Assembly (NCBI GenBank): GCA_035762565.1
Contig: DASTOJ010000305.1
Span: forward strand, 6,835 to 70,834
Length of the DNA: 64,000 nt
Reading direction: 5' to 3'
Source of the DNA: Candidatus Methylomirabilota bacterium
Lineage (GTDB): Bacteria; Methylomirabilota; Methylomirabilia; Rokubacteriales; CSP1-6
Made by a program: the position numbers and the translations under genes
Shown: piece by piece, positions 53,519 through 62,921 of the stretch
Layout of the letters: the number at the start of each line of letters is the position of its first letter
How positions within the stretch are numbered: the first letter of the stretch is position 1
The notes under the pieces: generated by a model
Seen by the model: only the letters and a program-made list of their open reading frames with translations
Databases searched by the model: none
Told to the model about the DNA's origin: nothing

Positions 53519-53752
53519 TCATTCCAGCGCCAGGAAGGCGTAGCCGACGGCGCGGATCTCTTCGTCGACGGCGGGACGGGCGCGGCGGTCGCCCCGGCGG
53601 CGCTCGGGGTTGCTGTCGGTCGCGGCGCTGCGGCGCTCGCCCGTTCGGCGGTCCCAGATGACCTCGACGCTCTCGGCGTCGGCGAACGTCTGGCTGAGGT
53701 ACCGGTACAGGTCCGGCCGCTCCCGGCTCACGATGAAGAGTTCCCGCCCCAT
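53519..53752 (-). CDS. Small Arg-rich protein (77 aa), hypothetical.
   Basis: MGRELFIVSRERPDLYRYLSQTFADAESVEVIWDRRTGERR...ERRRGDRRARP. A structured N-terminal half, then an RR-rich basic tail. Confidence 0.4.
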   Translation of the reverse strand: MGRELFIVSRERPDLYRYLSQTFADAESVEVIWDRRTGERRSAATDSNPERRRGDRRARPAVDEEIRAVGYAFLALE

Positions 53753-53767
53753 GGGCGGGAGATGTTA

Positions 53768-55531
53768 TCAGCTTTTGAAGTCGTCGGGGACTTTAGGTGC
53801 AGGGCCGAGCGCCCGGTCCTCCACGCTGTAGACGGTCGGCTGGGTCTTGGTCCGGATATAGGCGAGGTCGCCCTCCCGCTTGCCCACCTGCACGGTGGCG
53901 ATTTCTCCGCCGTCACCGCGGAACAGTCCGATCTCCAGCGTGGGCGCGTCCAGCCCCCAGCGCGCGGGCTCCACCCCCTGCGGCGCGACGATGTCCTTCC
54001 AGCGCAACGCGCGCAACGTGTAGAGCAGGTCGTCGACCTTCTGGCCGCTGGCGCCGCCCTTCGTCGGCTCGAGCATGCGCCACTCGGTGTCGCCCTTGCG
54101 CTCGAGCACCGCGGTCTGGCCCCCGGCCTGCACGCGGACGCGCTTGACGTCCCTGGGCTCGAGCGCGGCCAGCAGCCGCCGGTCGCGCAGGTCGTTGAGC
54201 GAGCGGCCGATGTCGGTGAGCGCCTTGCCCTCCACCAGGGTGACGGGACCCTTGTCGGCCACCGCCGCATAGGCGCTGGGAGCCCCGCCCCGCATCTCGC
54301 GTGAGGCGGCCAGCAGCACGGTCGTCCGGGCGCCGCCCTGATCGATCAGCGCCAGGCGCACCTCGGGCTTGGGGAGGTACCGGGGGATCCCGGCCGCGTC
54401 GTCGCTGAGGAACCCCTGCGCGCGAAGCCCTTGCAGCCGGGTGAGCACCGCGCCCACCTCGACCTGGTCGGCCGGCAGCAGCTCGGGCGCGACGATCTTC
54501 CACTCGTCCTTCTCGCGGGCCAGCACGACCAGGCCCCTGGGGCTTTCGACCTCGAGGCGGGCGAGCTTGTCGCGCTCGACCTCCACCAGGACCTTGTTGC
54601 GCAGCACGCCCACGTTCTTGGGGACCTGCTTCCAGACCTCCTCGGGCAGGATCAGCACGCTCGTCTCGTCCGGCCGCATCGCGTAGACGCCCTTCTTGTC
54701 GGCGTCGACGCGGCCGAGCAGCAGCGTGCGGCTCACCCGGTCCTTGTCGCGGCCGGTGTGGATCGTGAGGCGGACGGGCCGCTCGAGGCCGTAGGCCTGG
54801 CGCGAGGGTGGGACCTCGGCCACGAAGTCGCTCACCTTCTGCGCGGCGAGCTTGTCGAGGAACTCGCGAACGGTCTCGTTGTCGGCCCGCATGGCGACGG
54901 GTCGGGTGATCTGCCAGGCGCCCGCACCGCCCTGCACGGCGAGCGTCGTCTCCGGCAGGACGACCTCGAAGCCGGTGACGGCCTTGGCGTCGAAGTCCAG
55001 GATCGTGCGGTCGCGGAAGTCGGCGACGGCCCGGCTGGCGTCGCGGAGCACGCTCTCACCCAGGACGAACACGGCCGGCTTGTCCCGCTCGCGGGCGTAG
55101 ACCCACACGCCGGTCGGGTTCCGGCCGCCCAGCTGAAGGCCGAGCGTCTTGCCGTCGGTGAGCGTGAGGGTCACCTCGGCGGCCGGCTTGTCGAGGCCGA
55201 AGTCGGCCGGGGAGGCAGGATTGGGATCGATCTCCCGATCGATCCGGGCGGTGAGGATCGTGGCGAGCACCTCGTCCACCGCGGTGCGGCTGCCGCGGGC
55301 CTTGACGGGCGCCAGCACGTGCCATGCCTCGCCCTCGCGCTGCAGGCGCACCGTCTCGCCCCCGCGCTTGAGCTCGATGCCGGTCACGTCCTTGGTGTCG
55401 GCGCCGAAGACGCGGCCCTTGCGGGCGGCGGCCTCCTCCCGGGAGGGCCCCCAGCGCACCTCGTAGACGTAATAGAAGCCGCCCACGAGAACGAGCAGGA
55501 GGGCGAGGACCGCGGTCGTCTGCCAGCGCAT
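53768..55531 (-). CDS. DUF4340-domain protein (the usual partner of GldG-type ABC-2 auxiliary proteins), 587 aa.
   Basis: N-terminal TM anchor, then a long repetitive periplasmic region. It immediately follows the gldG-like gene. Confidence 0.65.
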   Translation of the reverse strand: MRWQTTAVLALLLVLVGGFYYVYEVRWGPSREEAAARKGRVFGADTKDVTGIELKRGGETVRLQREGEAWHVLAPVKARGSRTAVDEVLATILTARIDREIDPNPASPADFGLDKPAAEVTLTLTDGKTLGLQLGGRNPTGVWVYARERDKPAVFVLGESVLRDASRAVADFRDRTILDFDAKAVTGFEVVLPETTLAVQGGAGAWQITRPVAMRADNETVREFLDKLAAQKVSDFVAEVPPSRQAYGLERPVRLTIHTGRDKDRVSRTLLLGRVDADKKGVYAMRPDETSVLILPEEVWKQVPKNVGVLRNKVLVEVERDKLARLEVESPRGLVVLAREKDEWKIVAPELLPADQVEVGAVLTRLQGLRAQGFLSDDAAGIPRYLPKPEVRLALIDQGGARTTVLLAASREMRGGAPSAYAAVADKGPVTLVEGKALTDIGRSLNDLRDRRLLAALEPRDVKRVRVQAGGQTAVLERKGDTEWRMLEPTKGGASGQKVDDLLYTLRALRWKDIVAPQGVEPARWGLDAPTLEIGLFRGDGGEIATVQVGKREGDLAYIRTKTQPTVYSVEDRALGPAPKVPDDFKS

Positions 55532-55543
55532 CGTGCCCGCCGG

Positions 55544-57109
55544 CTACTTCGCGGCGCGGCGGCGCCCGACGGCGACGATCCCGCCCGCGAGCGCCAGCCC
55601 GGGCAGGATGACCACGGGCAGCCAGAACACCAGCTGGGCCTGCTGCGAGGTGAGAAAGACCGGGGTCTGCCGGGTGTCCCGTGGCCGGATGGAGATCTGG
55701 TCCTCCTCCTCGGCCAGCCAGGACACCGTGTTGAGGAAGAAGTCGCGGTTGCCCTGCACGTTGAGGAACTGGTTGGCGGCCAGGTTCGAGGTTCCATAGA
55801 GGACGAGGCGCGCCTTGTCCTTGGTGGCGACGGCGGCGAGCGTCAGCGGCCCCTTCGGATCTTGGGGGTCGGGCTTGGCCTGCCCCTGCTCGAGCGCTTG
55901 GCGGTCCGTCTCGCCCCAGGAGTCGGGGGTCGTGCGCGCCAGCGGCTGGACCGTCACTCCCGCCGGGGGCGTCTTGGCCGTGCCGATGCTGCGCGTGAGC
56001 GGGAACAGCGTCGTGATGCCCGCCATGTCGCGCGTGATCGGGTGCGGCTCGTACTGCTGCACGATCGGCACCTGGGGGCCGATGCCGAACACCTGGCCGA
56101 TCGGGTTCAGCTCGATGACGAGGTCGTCGTCGAGCGTGAGGCCCCAGCGGCCCAGCAGCTTGCGCAGCGCCTCCGGCTGGCTGCGCTCGGGGAACGGCGG
56201 ATTGAGCATCGCCAGCAGCTTGCCGCCCCGGCCGAGGTAGGCGTCCAGCGCGTCGATCTCCGGCCCGAAGAAGTCGGTGCGGGGACCGGGCACGATCAGC
56301 ACGGCGGCGTCGTCCGGCACCTTGCCCTGGCGGGCCAGCGCCAGCGGCTTGACCTCGTAGTTCGCCTTCTCGAGGGCGCCCTTGGCCTCGGTGAAGCCGG
56401 GCCGGTCGCTGTTGCCGAGCTCGGCCTCGCCGTGCCCCTGGACGACGTAGACGACCCGCTTGCCCTCGCGCATCACCTTGACGAGGGCGTTCGTGAGCTT
56501 CTCCTCCTGGTCGGCGTCCTGCACCTTCTCGGTGCGCCCCTTGGCCTCCAGCACGGTGGTGCCGTACGCCTCCACGCCGAGGGCCCGGGCCAGCGCGGGG
56601 TCGCGGTCGGGATCAACCGATTTCCAGGCGAACTTGTCGCCGGCGTAGCGCGCGTACTGCTTGAAGAGATCCTCGGCCACCCGCTTCCCCGGCTGGTCGC
56701 TGCGGTAGAAGGCCACGGCGTTGACCTTCGTGGTGAGGCCCTTGAGCATCTGAATCGTCTGCGGTGACAGGCTGTGACGCCGGTTTTCGGTGAGGTCGAG
56801 ACGCGCGTTGTGCCGGTAGGACAGCGCCTCCACGACCCCGATGACGCCGATCACGAGCAGGACCGCCACCAGGCTGTTGAGGCCGTAGCGCACGCTGCGC
56901 GCGCCGAGGGTCGCCCGCGGATCGCGCCACTGCGGCAGGAACGACAGCAGAACGAGGGCCACGCCGGCGATGACGAGCGGCCACCAGAACCGGTTCCACT
57001 GGGCGCCGATCACCGCCCAGTTGAAGCGGGCGCCCAGCCCCTGCACGACCGCCGCCGCCAAAAGAAGCAGCCCGAGCCAGAACGCGCCCTCGGCCAGCCG
57101 GCGGGGCAT
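55544..57109 (-). CDS. GldG-family ABC-2 transporter auxiliary (substrate-binding / periplasmic) component, 521 aa.
   Basis: Start at MPRRLAEGAFWL, overlapping the permease stop by 1 nt. N- and C-terminal TM anchors flank a large periplasmic domain, typical of GldG. Confidence 0.75.
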   Translation of the reverse strand: MPRRLAEGAFWLGLLLLAAAVVQGLGARFNWAVIGAQWNRFWWPLVIAGVALVLLSFLPQWRDPRATLGARSVRYGLNSLVAVLLVIGVIGVVEALSYRHNARLDLTENRRHSLSPQTIQMLKGLTTKVNAVAFYRSDQPGKRVAEDLFKQYARYAGDKFAWKSVDPDRDPALARALGVEAYGTTVLEAKGRTEKVQDADQEEKLTNALVKVMREGKRVVYVVQGHGEAELGNSDRPGFTEAKGALEKANYEVKPLALARQGKVPDDAAVLIVPGPRTDFFGPEIDALDAYLGRGGKLLAMLNPPFPERSQPEALRKLLGRWGLTLDDDLVIELNPIGQVFGIGPQVPIVQQYEPHPITRDMAGITTLFPLTRSIGTAKTPPAGVTVQPLARTTPDSWGETDRQALEQGQAKPDPQDPKGPLTLAAVATKDKARLVLYGTSNLAANQFLNVQGNRDFFLNTVSWLAEEEDQISIRPRDTRQTPVFLTSQQAQLVFWLPVVILPGLALAGGIVAVGRRRAAK

Positions 57110-57876
57110 CAGCCGCTCCACCGGCGCGCTTCCAGCGAGCGCAGGGCCAGGAACAGCGCCAGGACCGTGAAGTTCACGTAGTAGATGATGTCCTTGGTGT
57201 CGAGCACGCCCTTGGCGAAGGTGTCGTTGTGGTCGAGGATCGACAGGTGGGTGAGCACCGCGCCGAGCGGGCCGCCCGCGAACTCGGCCGTCCAGCCGAT
57301 GATCCAGAACATCAGCAGGACGCCGAACGTGACGATCGCCGCCACCACCTGGTTCTCGGTGAGCGATGAGGCGAACAGGCCCACCGCCAGGAACATGGCG
57401 CCCATCAGGAGCAGGCCGAGGTACCCGGTGAGCAGCGGCCCCCATTCCACCCGGGCGAAGCTGACGAGCATGGCCGGGTACGCGAGCGTGCCGGCCACCA
57501 TCACGCCGTACATCGTCAGGGCCGCCAGGTACTTGCCGGCGAGGACGGCGCCGTCCCGCACCGGGTAGGTGAGCAGCAGCTCGATGGTGCCCGAGCGCCG
57601 CTCCTCGGCGAACAGTCGCATCGTCACCAGCGGCATCAGCAGGAGCAGGATGACGCTGACGTTGGCGAAGAGCGGCCGCAGGACGGCGTCGGTCACGTTG
57701 AGGTCGCGCCCCATCTGGGGGTTCATCGCCGCCTGCATCGAGGCCCGGGTGAAGAACGAGAAGATCGAGAAGAAGAAGTAGCCGGCGATGAGCAGGAAGA
57801 TGGTGAGGATGACGTAGGCCACCGGCGAGGTGAAGTACAGCCGGAGCTCCTTCTTGTAGATCGGCCAGATTCTCAC
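57109..57876 (-). CDS. ABC-2 type transporter permease (GldF-like), 255 aa.
   Basis: GTG start (VRIWPIYKKELRLYFTSP) overlapping the ATPase stop (GTGA). Six TM helices. Confidence 0.75.
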   Translation of the reverse strand: MRIWPIYKKELRLYFTSPVAYVILTIFLLIAGYFFFSIFSFFTRASMQAAMNPQMGRDLNVTDAVLRPLFANVSVILLLLMPLVTMRLFAEERRSGTIELLLTYPVRDGAVLAGKYLAALTMYGVMVAGTLAYPAMLVSFARVEWGPLLTGYLGLLLMGAMFLAVGLFASSLTENQVVAAIVTFGVLLMFWIIGWTAEFAGGPLGAVLTHLSILDHNDTFAKGVLDTKDIIYYVNFTVLALFLALRSLEARRWSG

Positions 57877-58868
57877 CGCGCCGCCTCCTCCACGCCCGCC
57901 TCCCGGGCGCTCGCCGCCGGCGCCGCCCCCTCGCTCTCCTCGCCCGCCACGATCCGGATGAAAACTTCCTCCAGTGTCATGCCCACCTGGCGCAGCTCGA
58001 GCAGGCGCCACTTCTGCTGGGCGGCCAGCTGGAAGATCTCCCCCCGCACGTCACGGCCGCGCGCCGATTCCACCACGAAGCGGCCGGCCCCGTCGGTCAG
58101 CGTCAGCCCCTCCACCCGCACCACGCCCGGGATGCCCTGCATGCTCTCGCGCACCACGGCCGGCGGCGCCACGATCTCGACCTCGACCCGCGCGGTCGGG
58201 AAGAACTGCTCGACCAGCCGGTCGATCGGCCCCTGGGCCACGATGCCCCCGCGGTTGATGATCACCACGCCGCTGCACAGCATCGACACCTCGGGCAGGA
58301 TGTGCGTGGACAGGATCACCGTGTGCTCGCCGCCCAACGACTTGATCAGGCTCCTGATCTCGGCGATCTGCCGGGGGTCGAGCCCGATCGTCGGCTCGTC
58401 GAGGATCAGCACGTGGGGATCGCTGACGATGGCCTGGGCCAGCCCCACCCGCTGCCGGTACCCCTTGGAGAGGTTGCGGATGAGCCGGTTCTGCACGTCG
58501 GCGATGAGGCAGCGGTCCATCACCTCGGCCACGCGCTTCTTGCGGGCCGAGCGCGGCACGCCCTTGACCTCGGCGACGAAGTCCAGATACGGCGCCACTC
58601 GCATGTCGCCGTAGAGGGGTACGCTCTCGGGCAGGTAACCGATCCGCCGGCGGACTTCCATCGACTCGCGGAAGACGTCGAAGCCGGCCACCCGCGCCGT
58701 GCCGCCCGAGGCCGGCATGAAGCAGGCGAGGATGCGCATGGTCGTCGACTTGCCGGCGCCGTTGGGGCCGAGGAAGCCCACGATCTCGCCGGGCGCGACG
58801 TTGAACGTGACGTCGCGTATGGCGGTGACGGGACCGTAGTTCTTCGTCAGGTTCTGGACTTCGATCAT
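57873..58868 (-). CDS. ABC transporter ATP-binding protein (GldA-like), 331 aa.
   Basis: Walker A GPNGAGKST, signature LSKGYRQRV, Walker B ILILDEPT. Confidence 0.85.
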   Translation of the reverse strand: MIEVQNLTKNYGPVTAIRDVTFNVAPGEIVGFLGPNGAGKSTTMRILACFMPASGGTARVAGFDVFRESMEVRRRIGYLPESVPLYGDMRVAPYLDFVAEVKGVPRSARKKRVAEVMDRCLIADVQNRLIRNLSKGYRQRVGLAQAIVSDPHVLILDEPTIGLDPRQIAEIRSLIKSLGGEHTVILSTHILPEVSMLCSGVVIINRGGIVAQGPIDRLVEQFFPTARVEVEIVAPPAVVRESMQGIPGVVRVEGLTLTDGAGRFVVESARGRDVRGEIFQLAAQQKWRLLELRQVGMTLEEVFIRIVAGEESEGAAPAASAREAGVEEAAR

Positions 58869-58898
58869 ATCCGGCCGAACCGAGGGCTGATTATACCC

Positions 58899-59306
58899 TC
58901 ACGGGCCGGCCGTCACCACCGGCATGATCGCGACGAGCCAGGCGGGCACCGCGATCATCTTGCTCGTGGCCGGGTCCCAGCACGCGTGCAGCGTGGTGCC
59001 GGTCGCGACGGCTTGGCCGGCCTCGTTGACGATCTCGTAGGCGAAGCGGAAGCTGGCCCGCTTGCGCTCGCTGACCCAGCAGTGCACGTCGAGGAGGTCG
59101 TCGAGGCGGGCCGGCCGCACGTACCGCACGGTCGCCTCCACCACCGGCAGGTGAACCTTCTGGTCCACCTCCGAGATCGGCACCCCCTGCTGCCGCAGGA
59201 ACTCCACCCGCCCCACCTCGAAGTAGGTCAGGTAGTTGCCGTAGTAGACGACCTTCATGCAGTCGGTTTCCTGGTACCGCACGCGGATCTTCGCCGACGC
59301 GATCAC
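58899..59306 (-). CDS. Acyl-CoA thioesterase of the 4HBT / YbgC-FadM type (hotdog fold), 135 aa.
   Basis: VRYQETDCMKVVYYGNYLTYFEVGR is typical of YbgC/4HBT. Confidence 0.75.
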   Translation of the reverse strand: MIASAKIRVRYQETDCMKVVYYGNYLTYFEVGRVEFLRQQGVPISEVDQKVHLPVVEATVRYVRPARLDDLLDVHCWVSERKRASFRFAYEIVNEAGQAVATGTTLHACWDPATSKMIAVPAWLVAIMPVVTAGP

Positions 59307-59309
59307 GGT

Positions 59310-60251
59310 CTAGAGGTACTGGCCGTAACGGATCTTCTCGACGACGCCGCGCACGCGCTTGTAGGCGTCGATCGAGATGAGGAGGTCCTCGGTCGAGACG
59401 GGCCCGGGCTCGGCGCCCTCGGCGGCCCGGTGGACCTTGGTCTCCAGGGCGCGGCGGATGATCTCCGAGATGTCGGCCCCGCTCATGCCACCCATCACCG
59501 GCAGCACCTTGCGATAGTCGATCGACTCGAACAGCGGCCGGCCGGCGTGGCGCTCGGTGCGCGCCTTGATCAGCTCGAGGATCTCGCGCTGGGCGTCGGC
59601 GTCCGGCAGTGGCACCTCCACCAGGTGATCGAGCCGGCCGGGCGCGACCAGCTCGGCGTCGACCGCGTCCGTGCGGCTGGTGGCGCCGACCACGAGGACG
59701 CGGCCGTTGGGCTGGAGCGCGTCCAGCTTCTCGCACAGCGCGGCGACCAGGCGGGCGCTGGCCTCGCGGGCGGCGGGCGGCGGCAGCAGGTGCTCGAGCG
59801 ACAGGGCCTCGGCCTCGTCGAGGAAGAGCACCGCCCGGCCCTCGCTGCCGGCGATCCTGAGGATCTCCTGCAGCAGCTCGCCTGTGTTCGCGCCGAACTT
59901 CGAGGTCAGGTTGAGCAGCTTGACGTGAAAGAAGATCGCTCCGGCCGCCGTGGCCAGGGCCTTGGCCAGCTTGGACTTGCCGGTGCCGGGCGCGCCGTAC
60001 AGGAGGATGCCCTTGGGCGGCGGGATGCCCCAGCGCGCGTACGACTCCGCGTGGGTGAGGGCCAGCGCGAACCCGCGCAGCAGGATCTTGGCCTGGCCGA
60101 GCCCGCCGACTTCCTCGAACGACGCGCTGGGGTGGATGTCGGTCTCCACTCGCCCGGTGAGGTCACCGAACTTCTCGCCGAGCTTGGCGAAGACGTCCTC
60201 CAGCCGGCGCTGCAGCGCCCACTGGAGGTCGTCGGCGGGCAGGCGCGACAT
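59310..60251 (-). CDS. AAA-family ATPase (single AAA+ module), 313 aa.
   Basis: Walker A GAPGTGKSKLAKA, Walker B VLFLDEAEA, SRH region LVVGATSRTDAVD. Confidence 0.75.
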   Translation of the reverse strand: MSRLPADDLQWALQRRLEDVFAKLGEKFGDLTGRVETDIHPSASFEEVGGLGQAKILLRGFALALTHAESYARWGIPPPKGILLYGAPGTGKSKLAKALATAAGAIFFHVKLLNLTSKFGANTGELLQEILRIAGSEGRAVLFLDEAEALSLEHLLPPPAAREASARLVAALCEKLDALQPNGRVLVVGATSRTDAVDAELVAPGRLDHLVEVPLPDADAQREILELIKARTERHAGRPLFESIDYRKVLPVMGGMSGADISEIIRRALETKVHRAAEGAEPGPVSTEDLLISIDAYKRVRGVVEKIRYGQYL

Positions 60252-60252
60252 A

Positions 60253-60798
60253 TCAAATGTGGGGGCGGCGGGAGGGCGGGAGATCGAGGCCGCCCTTGTC
60301 GAAGACCCGGTCCTCGACGAGGACGGGGGCCTTCGCGCGGATCGCCAGCGCGATGGCGTCGGAGGGGCGCGAGTCCAGCGTCAGATCCCCGCCACCGCCG
60401 CCGCTGAGGTGCACGGTCGCGTAGTAGATGTCGTTGCGCAGGTCGGTGATCACGACGCGCGTCAGCGACACCTTGAGCCGCCCGAAGAGCGTGAGGAACA
60501 GGTCGTGGGTCAGGGGCCGCGGCGGGGTGACGCCCTGCAGGGGCACCGCGATCCCGGTCGCCTCGGCGGGCCCGATCGTCATCGCGAGCCGCCGGCCGTC
60601 ACGCTTGCCCTGCAGCACGACCGTAGGCGTCTGAGTCCGTGGGTCGAGCATGACCGCCACCACCTCGACCTCCTGCGGTCCGTCCAGCCGCGGGGGAACC
60701 TCGGCCCCGCGGCCGGGGGCGAGGTCGGCACGGCCGGGCGCTCCCGCCAACGCCAGCGTTACCAGCGCAACCGCTCCGAGCCGGGCCCTGGACGTCAT
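60253..60798 (-). CDS. DUF151 / bifunctional-nuclease (BFN)-domain protein with an N-terminal signal-like segment, 181 aa.
   Basis: The BFN-domain pattern is readable (VEVVAVMLDPRTQTPTVVLQ...HDLFLTLF...ITDLRNDIYYA). Stop is 1 nt before the AAA gene start. Confidence 0.5.
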   Translation of the reverse strand: MTSRARLGAVALVTLALAGAPGRADLAPGRGAEVPPRLDGPQEVEVVAVMLDPRTQTPTVVLQGKRDGRRLAMTIGPAEATGIAVPLQGVTPPRPLTHDLFLTLFGRLKVSLTRVVITDLRNDIYYATVHLSGGGGGDLTLDSRPSDAIALAIRAKAPVLVEDRVFDKGGLDLPPSRRPHI

Positions 60799-60874
60799 CG
60801 CGTTACCCCCTTGGGAGGCCTCTCACCGCGGCCAGTATACTGCCCGACCATGGCCCGGGGCCGGCCGCGGGGTT

Positions 60875-62053
60875 TCAGCGGGTCGCGGGCGGCAGTCGAA
60901 GCGAGACCAGGCTGCCGAGCAGCAGCAACGCGGTGAGCGCCGCCCACATGGAGCCGTAGCCAAGCGCGTTGGCGACCCAGCCGAACGTGAAGGCGCCAGC
61001 CGTCTGCCCGACCAGGAACATCGCGCTGAAGATGCCGACGACCGCGGCGCGGCGCTCGGCCGGGGTGGCGTCGGTCACGAGGGCGGCCAGGCCGGGATAG
61101 AGGAAGCCGTGGGCGGAGCCCGACATGAGACCCGCGGCGAACAGTCCCGGCAGCACCGGGGTGGCGCTCGAGCGCGTGACCAGCCCGCCGAGCAGGGCCA
61201 GGAGCCCGGTGCCCGCGGCCTGCACGAACATCGACGGCACGATCACGGCCCGCCGGCCACGGGTGTCGATCAGGCGGCCGCCGGCGACCCGGACGGCGAT
61301 CGCCGACAGCGAGTACGCCGTGTAGAAGAGCGACAGCGTGGTGACCCCGAGGTCCTCGGCGAACGTCGGCAGGAAGGCGAAGACGGTACCCGAGCCGAGG
61401 CCGAAGAACATCGCCACCACCATGTGGCGATGCAGCACGTCCTCCAGGGCGGCCCGCACCGCGCCGGGCGCGAGCCTCGCCGGCAGCCCGCCCGGGCGCG
61501 GCGTCTCCGGCAGGGGCCACACCAGGGCCGCGGGCACCAGCGACAGCGCCGCCGACAGCACGAACAGCGCGCGGAAGCCGGCGGTGCGGATGATCCACTC
61601 GCCGATCAGCGGCGCGACCGCGGTGGACACGAAGCCGGAGATCCCGTAGATGCCGAGTGCCCAGCCGCGTTCCGCGGGCGGGATGATGTCCACGACGTAG
61701 GAGAAGCTCGCCACGAAGAACAGGGAGAAGCCGATTCCCTGCAGCCCGCGCACGAGCGCCAGCAGGGGGACGCCCCCGGGCGCCACCGCCAGGAGCGCCG
61801 CCATCAGATTGAGCCCGATGCCGAGCAGCATGAACGGGCGGCGGCCGATGACGTCCACCCAGGGACCGATCAACGGCTGGCACAGGATGCCGACGCCACT
61901 GTAGATCCCCATCACCAGCCCGATCTCGATCTCGGTGCCGCCCAGCTGCTGGATGTGGAGCGGCAGCAGCACGAAGCCGTTGAGGCTCAGGAAGAAGAAG
62001 AAGTTGGTGACGGTCGCCCGGACGAACGGCGTGGGCGCTAGAATGGACGCCAC
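60875..62053 (-). CDS. MFS transporter (12 TM), 392 aa.
   Basis: MFS-type hydrophobic profile with the loop motif GPWVDVIGRRP. GTG start. Confidence 0.8.
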   Translation of the reverse strand: MASILAPTPFVRATVTNFFFFLSLNGFVLLPLHIQQLGGTEIEIGLVMGIYSGVGILCQPLIGPWVDVIGRRPFMLLGIGLNLMAALLAVAPGGVPLLALVRGLQGIGFSLFFVASFSYVVDIIPPAERGWALGIYGISGFVSTAVAPLIGEWIIRTAGFRALFVLSAALSLVPAALVWPLPETPRPGGLPARLAPGAVRAALEDVLHRHMVVAMFFGLGSGTVFAFLPTFAEDLGVTTLSLFYTAYSLSAIAVRVAGGRLIDTRGRRAVIVPSMFVQAAGTGLLALLGGLVTRSSATPVLPGLFAAGLMSGSAHGFLYPGLAALVTDATPAERRAAVVGIFSAMFLVGQTAGAFTFGWVANALGYGSMWAALTALLLLGSLVSLRLPPATR

Positions 62054-62921
62054 TGCGCATGATTATCGCATGTTGACGATCGACCTCCTGCGCCGCGCCC
62101 TCGGGGGCCGCGGCGAGGATCGCGCGCTGACCCTCGACCCCGCGTTCCAGGGGCTGCCGGAGACGGCGCATGGCGGCAGCGTCCTGGCGGCGTTCGACGC
62201 CGTGTCCGGGCGCCACGGCCCGCGCGAGCTCCACGGCCACTATCTCAAGCGCGTGCCGCTCGGCGTTCCGCTCCGCCTGCGCGTGCGCGTGCGCGAGGCG
62301 GGCGGCGCCTGCGAGCTCGAGCTGTCGCACGACGACGGCATCCTCGTCACCGGCCGCGTCGCCGGGGCGGGCGTCGCCGAGGCGCCCGCGGCCGGCGGCG
62401 GCCCGCCGCCGCCCGCCGGGGCGCCGGCGCTGCCGGTGTCACGCGCATGCTTCGCGTGCGGCGTCGACAATCCGCTCGGGCTCGGCGTGCGGCTGCGCGC
62501 CGACGACGTCGCCGTGGGGGGCACGTGGACGCCACGCCCGGGCTTTCGCCAGGCCGACGGGACCCTGGCGGCGGTGGCGGTCACGGCGTTGCTCGACGAG
62601 ACGGCGTTCTGGCTCGGCGCGCTGGCGACCGGGGAGTCGGGGATGACCACGCAGCTTCGCGTGACGCTGTACGGCGCGGCGCCGGCCGACGGCACGATCA
62701 CGGTGGCCGGCGCGCGCGGTTCGGCCCGGCCGCGCGCCGATGCGCGGTACTGGGACACCGAGGTCACCGCCCGTGACGGCGCCGGCCGGCTCCTCGCCGG
62801 CGCCACGATCACCTTCGTGGCGATCCGGGGCGCGGCCCGCCGGCTGGTCACGGGCATGCTGGCGGTCAACGCCCCGGACGTCGTGCGCCGCGTCTTTCCC
62901 GCCTACGCGCCCCCCGCGTGA
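62043..62921 (+). CDS. PaaI/hotdog-fold thioesterase-family protein (double hotdog), 292 aa.
   Basis: Start at MDATAHDYRM. The motif HGGSVLAAFDAV..G and a second hotdog half (LLDETAFWLGAL) are visible. Confidence 0.55.
   Translation: MDATAHDYRMLTIDLLRRALGGRGEDRALTLDPAFQGLPETAHGGSVLAAFDAVSGRHGPRELHGHYLKRVPLGVPLRLRVRVREAGGACELELSHDDGILVTGRVAGAGVAEAPAAGGGPPPPAGAPALPVSRACFACGVDNPLGLGVRLRADDVAVGGTWTPRPGFRQADGTLAAVAVTALLDETAFWLGALATGESGMTTQLRVTLYGAAPADGTITVAGARGSARPRADARYWDTEVTARDGAGRLLAGATITFVAIRGAARRLVTGMLAVNAPDVVRRVFPAYAPPA

Noticed and set aside
54431-56767. 778-aa plus-strand ORF antisense to the DUF4340 and GldG-like genes
   Set aside because: A shadow ORF with extreme Ala/Arg/Gly/Leu composition and no domains. 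The minus-strand genes have coherent TM and periplasmic architecture.
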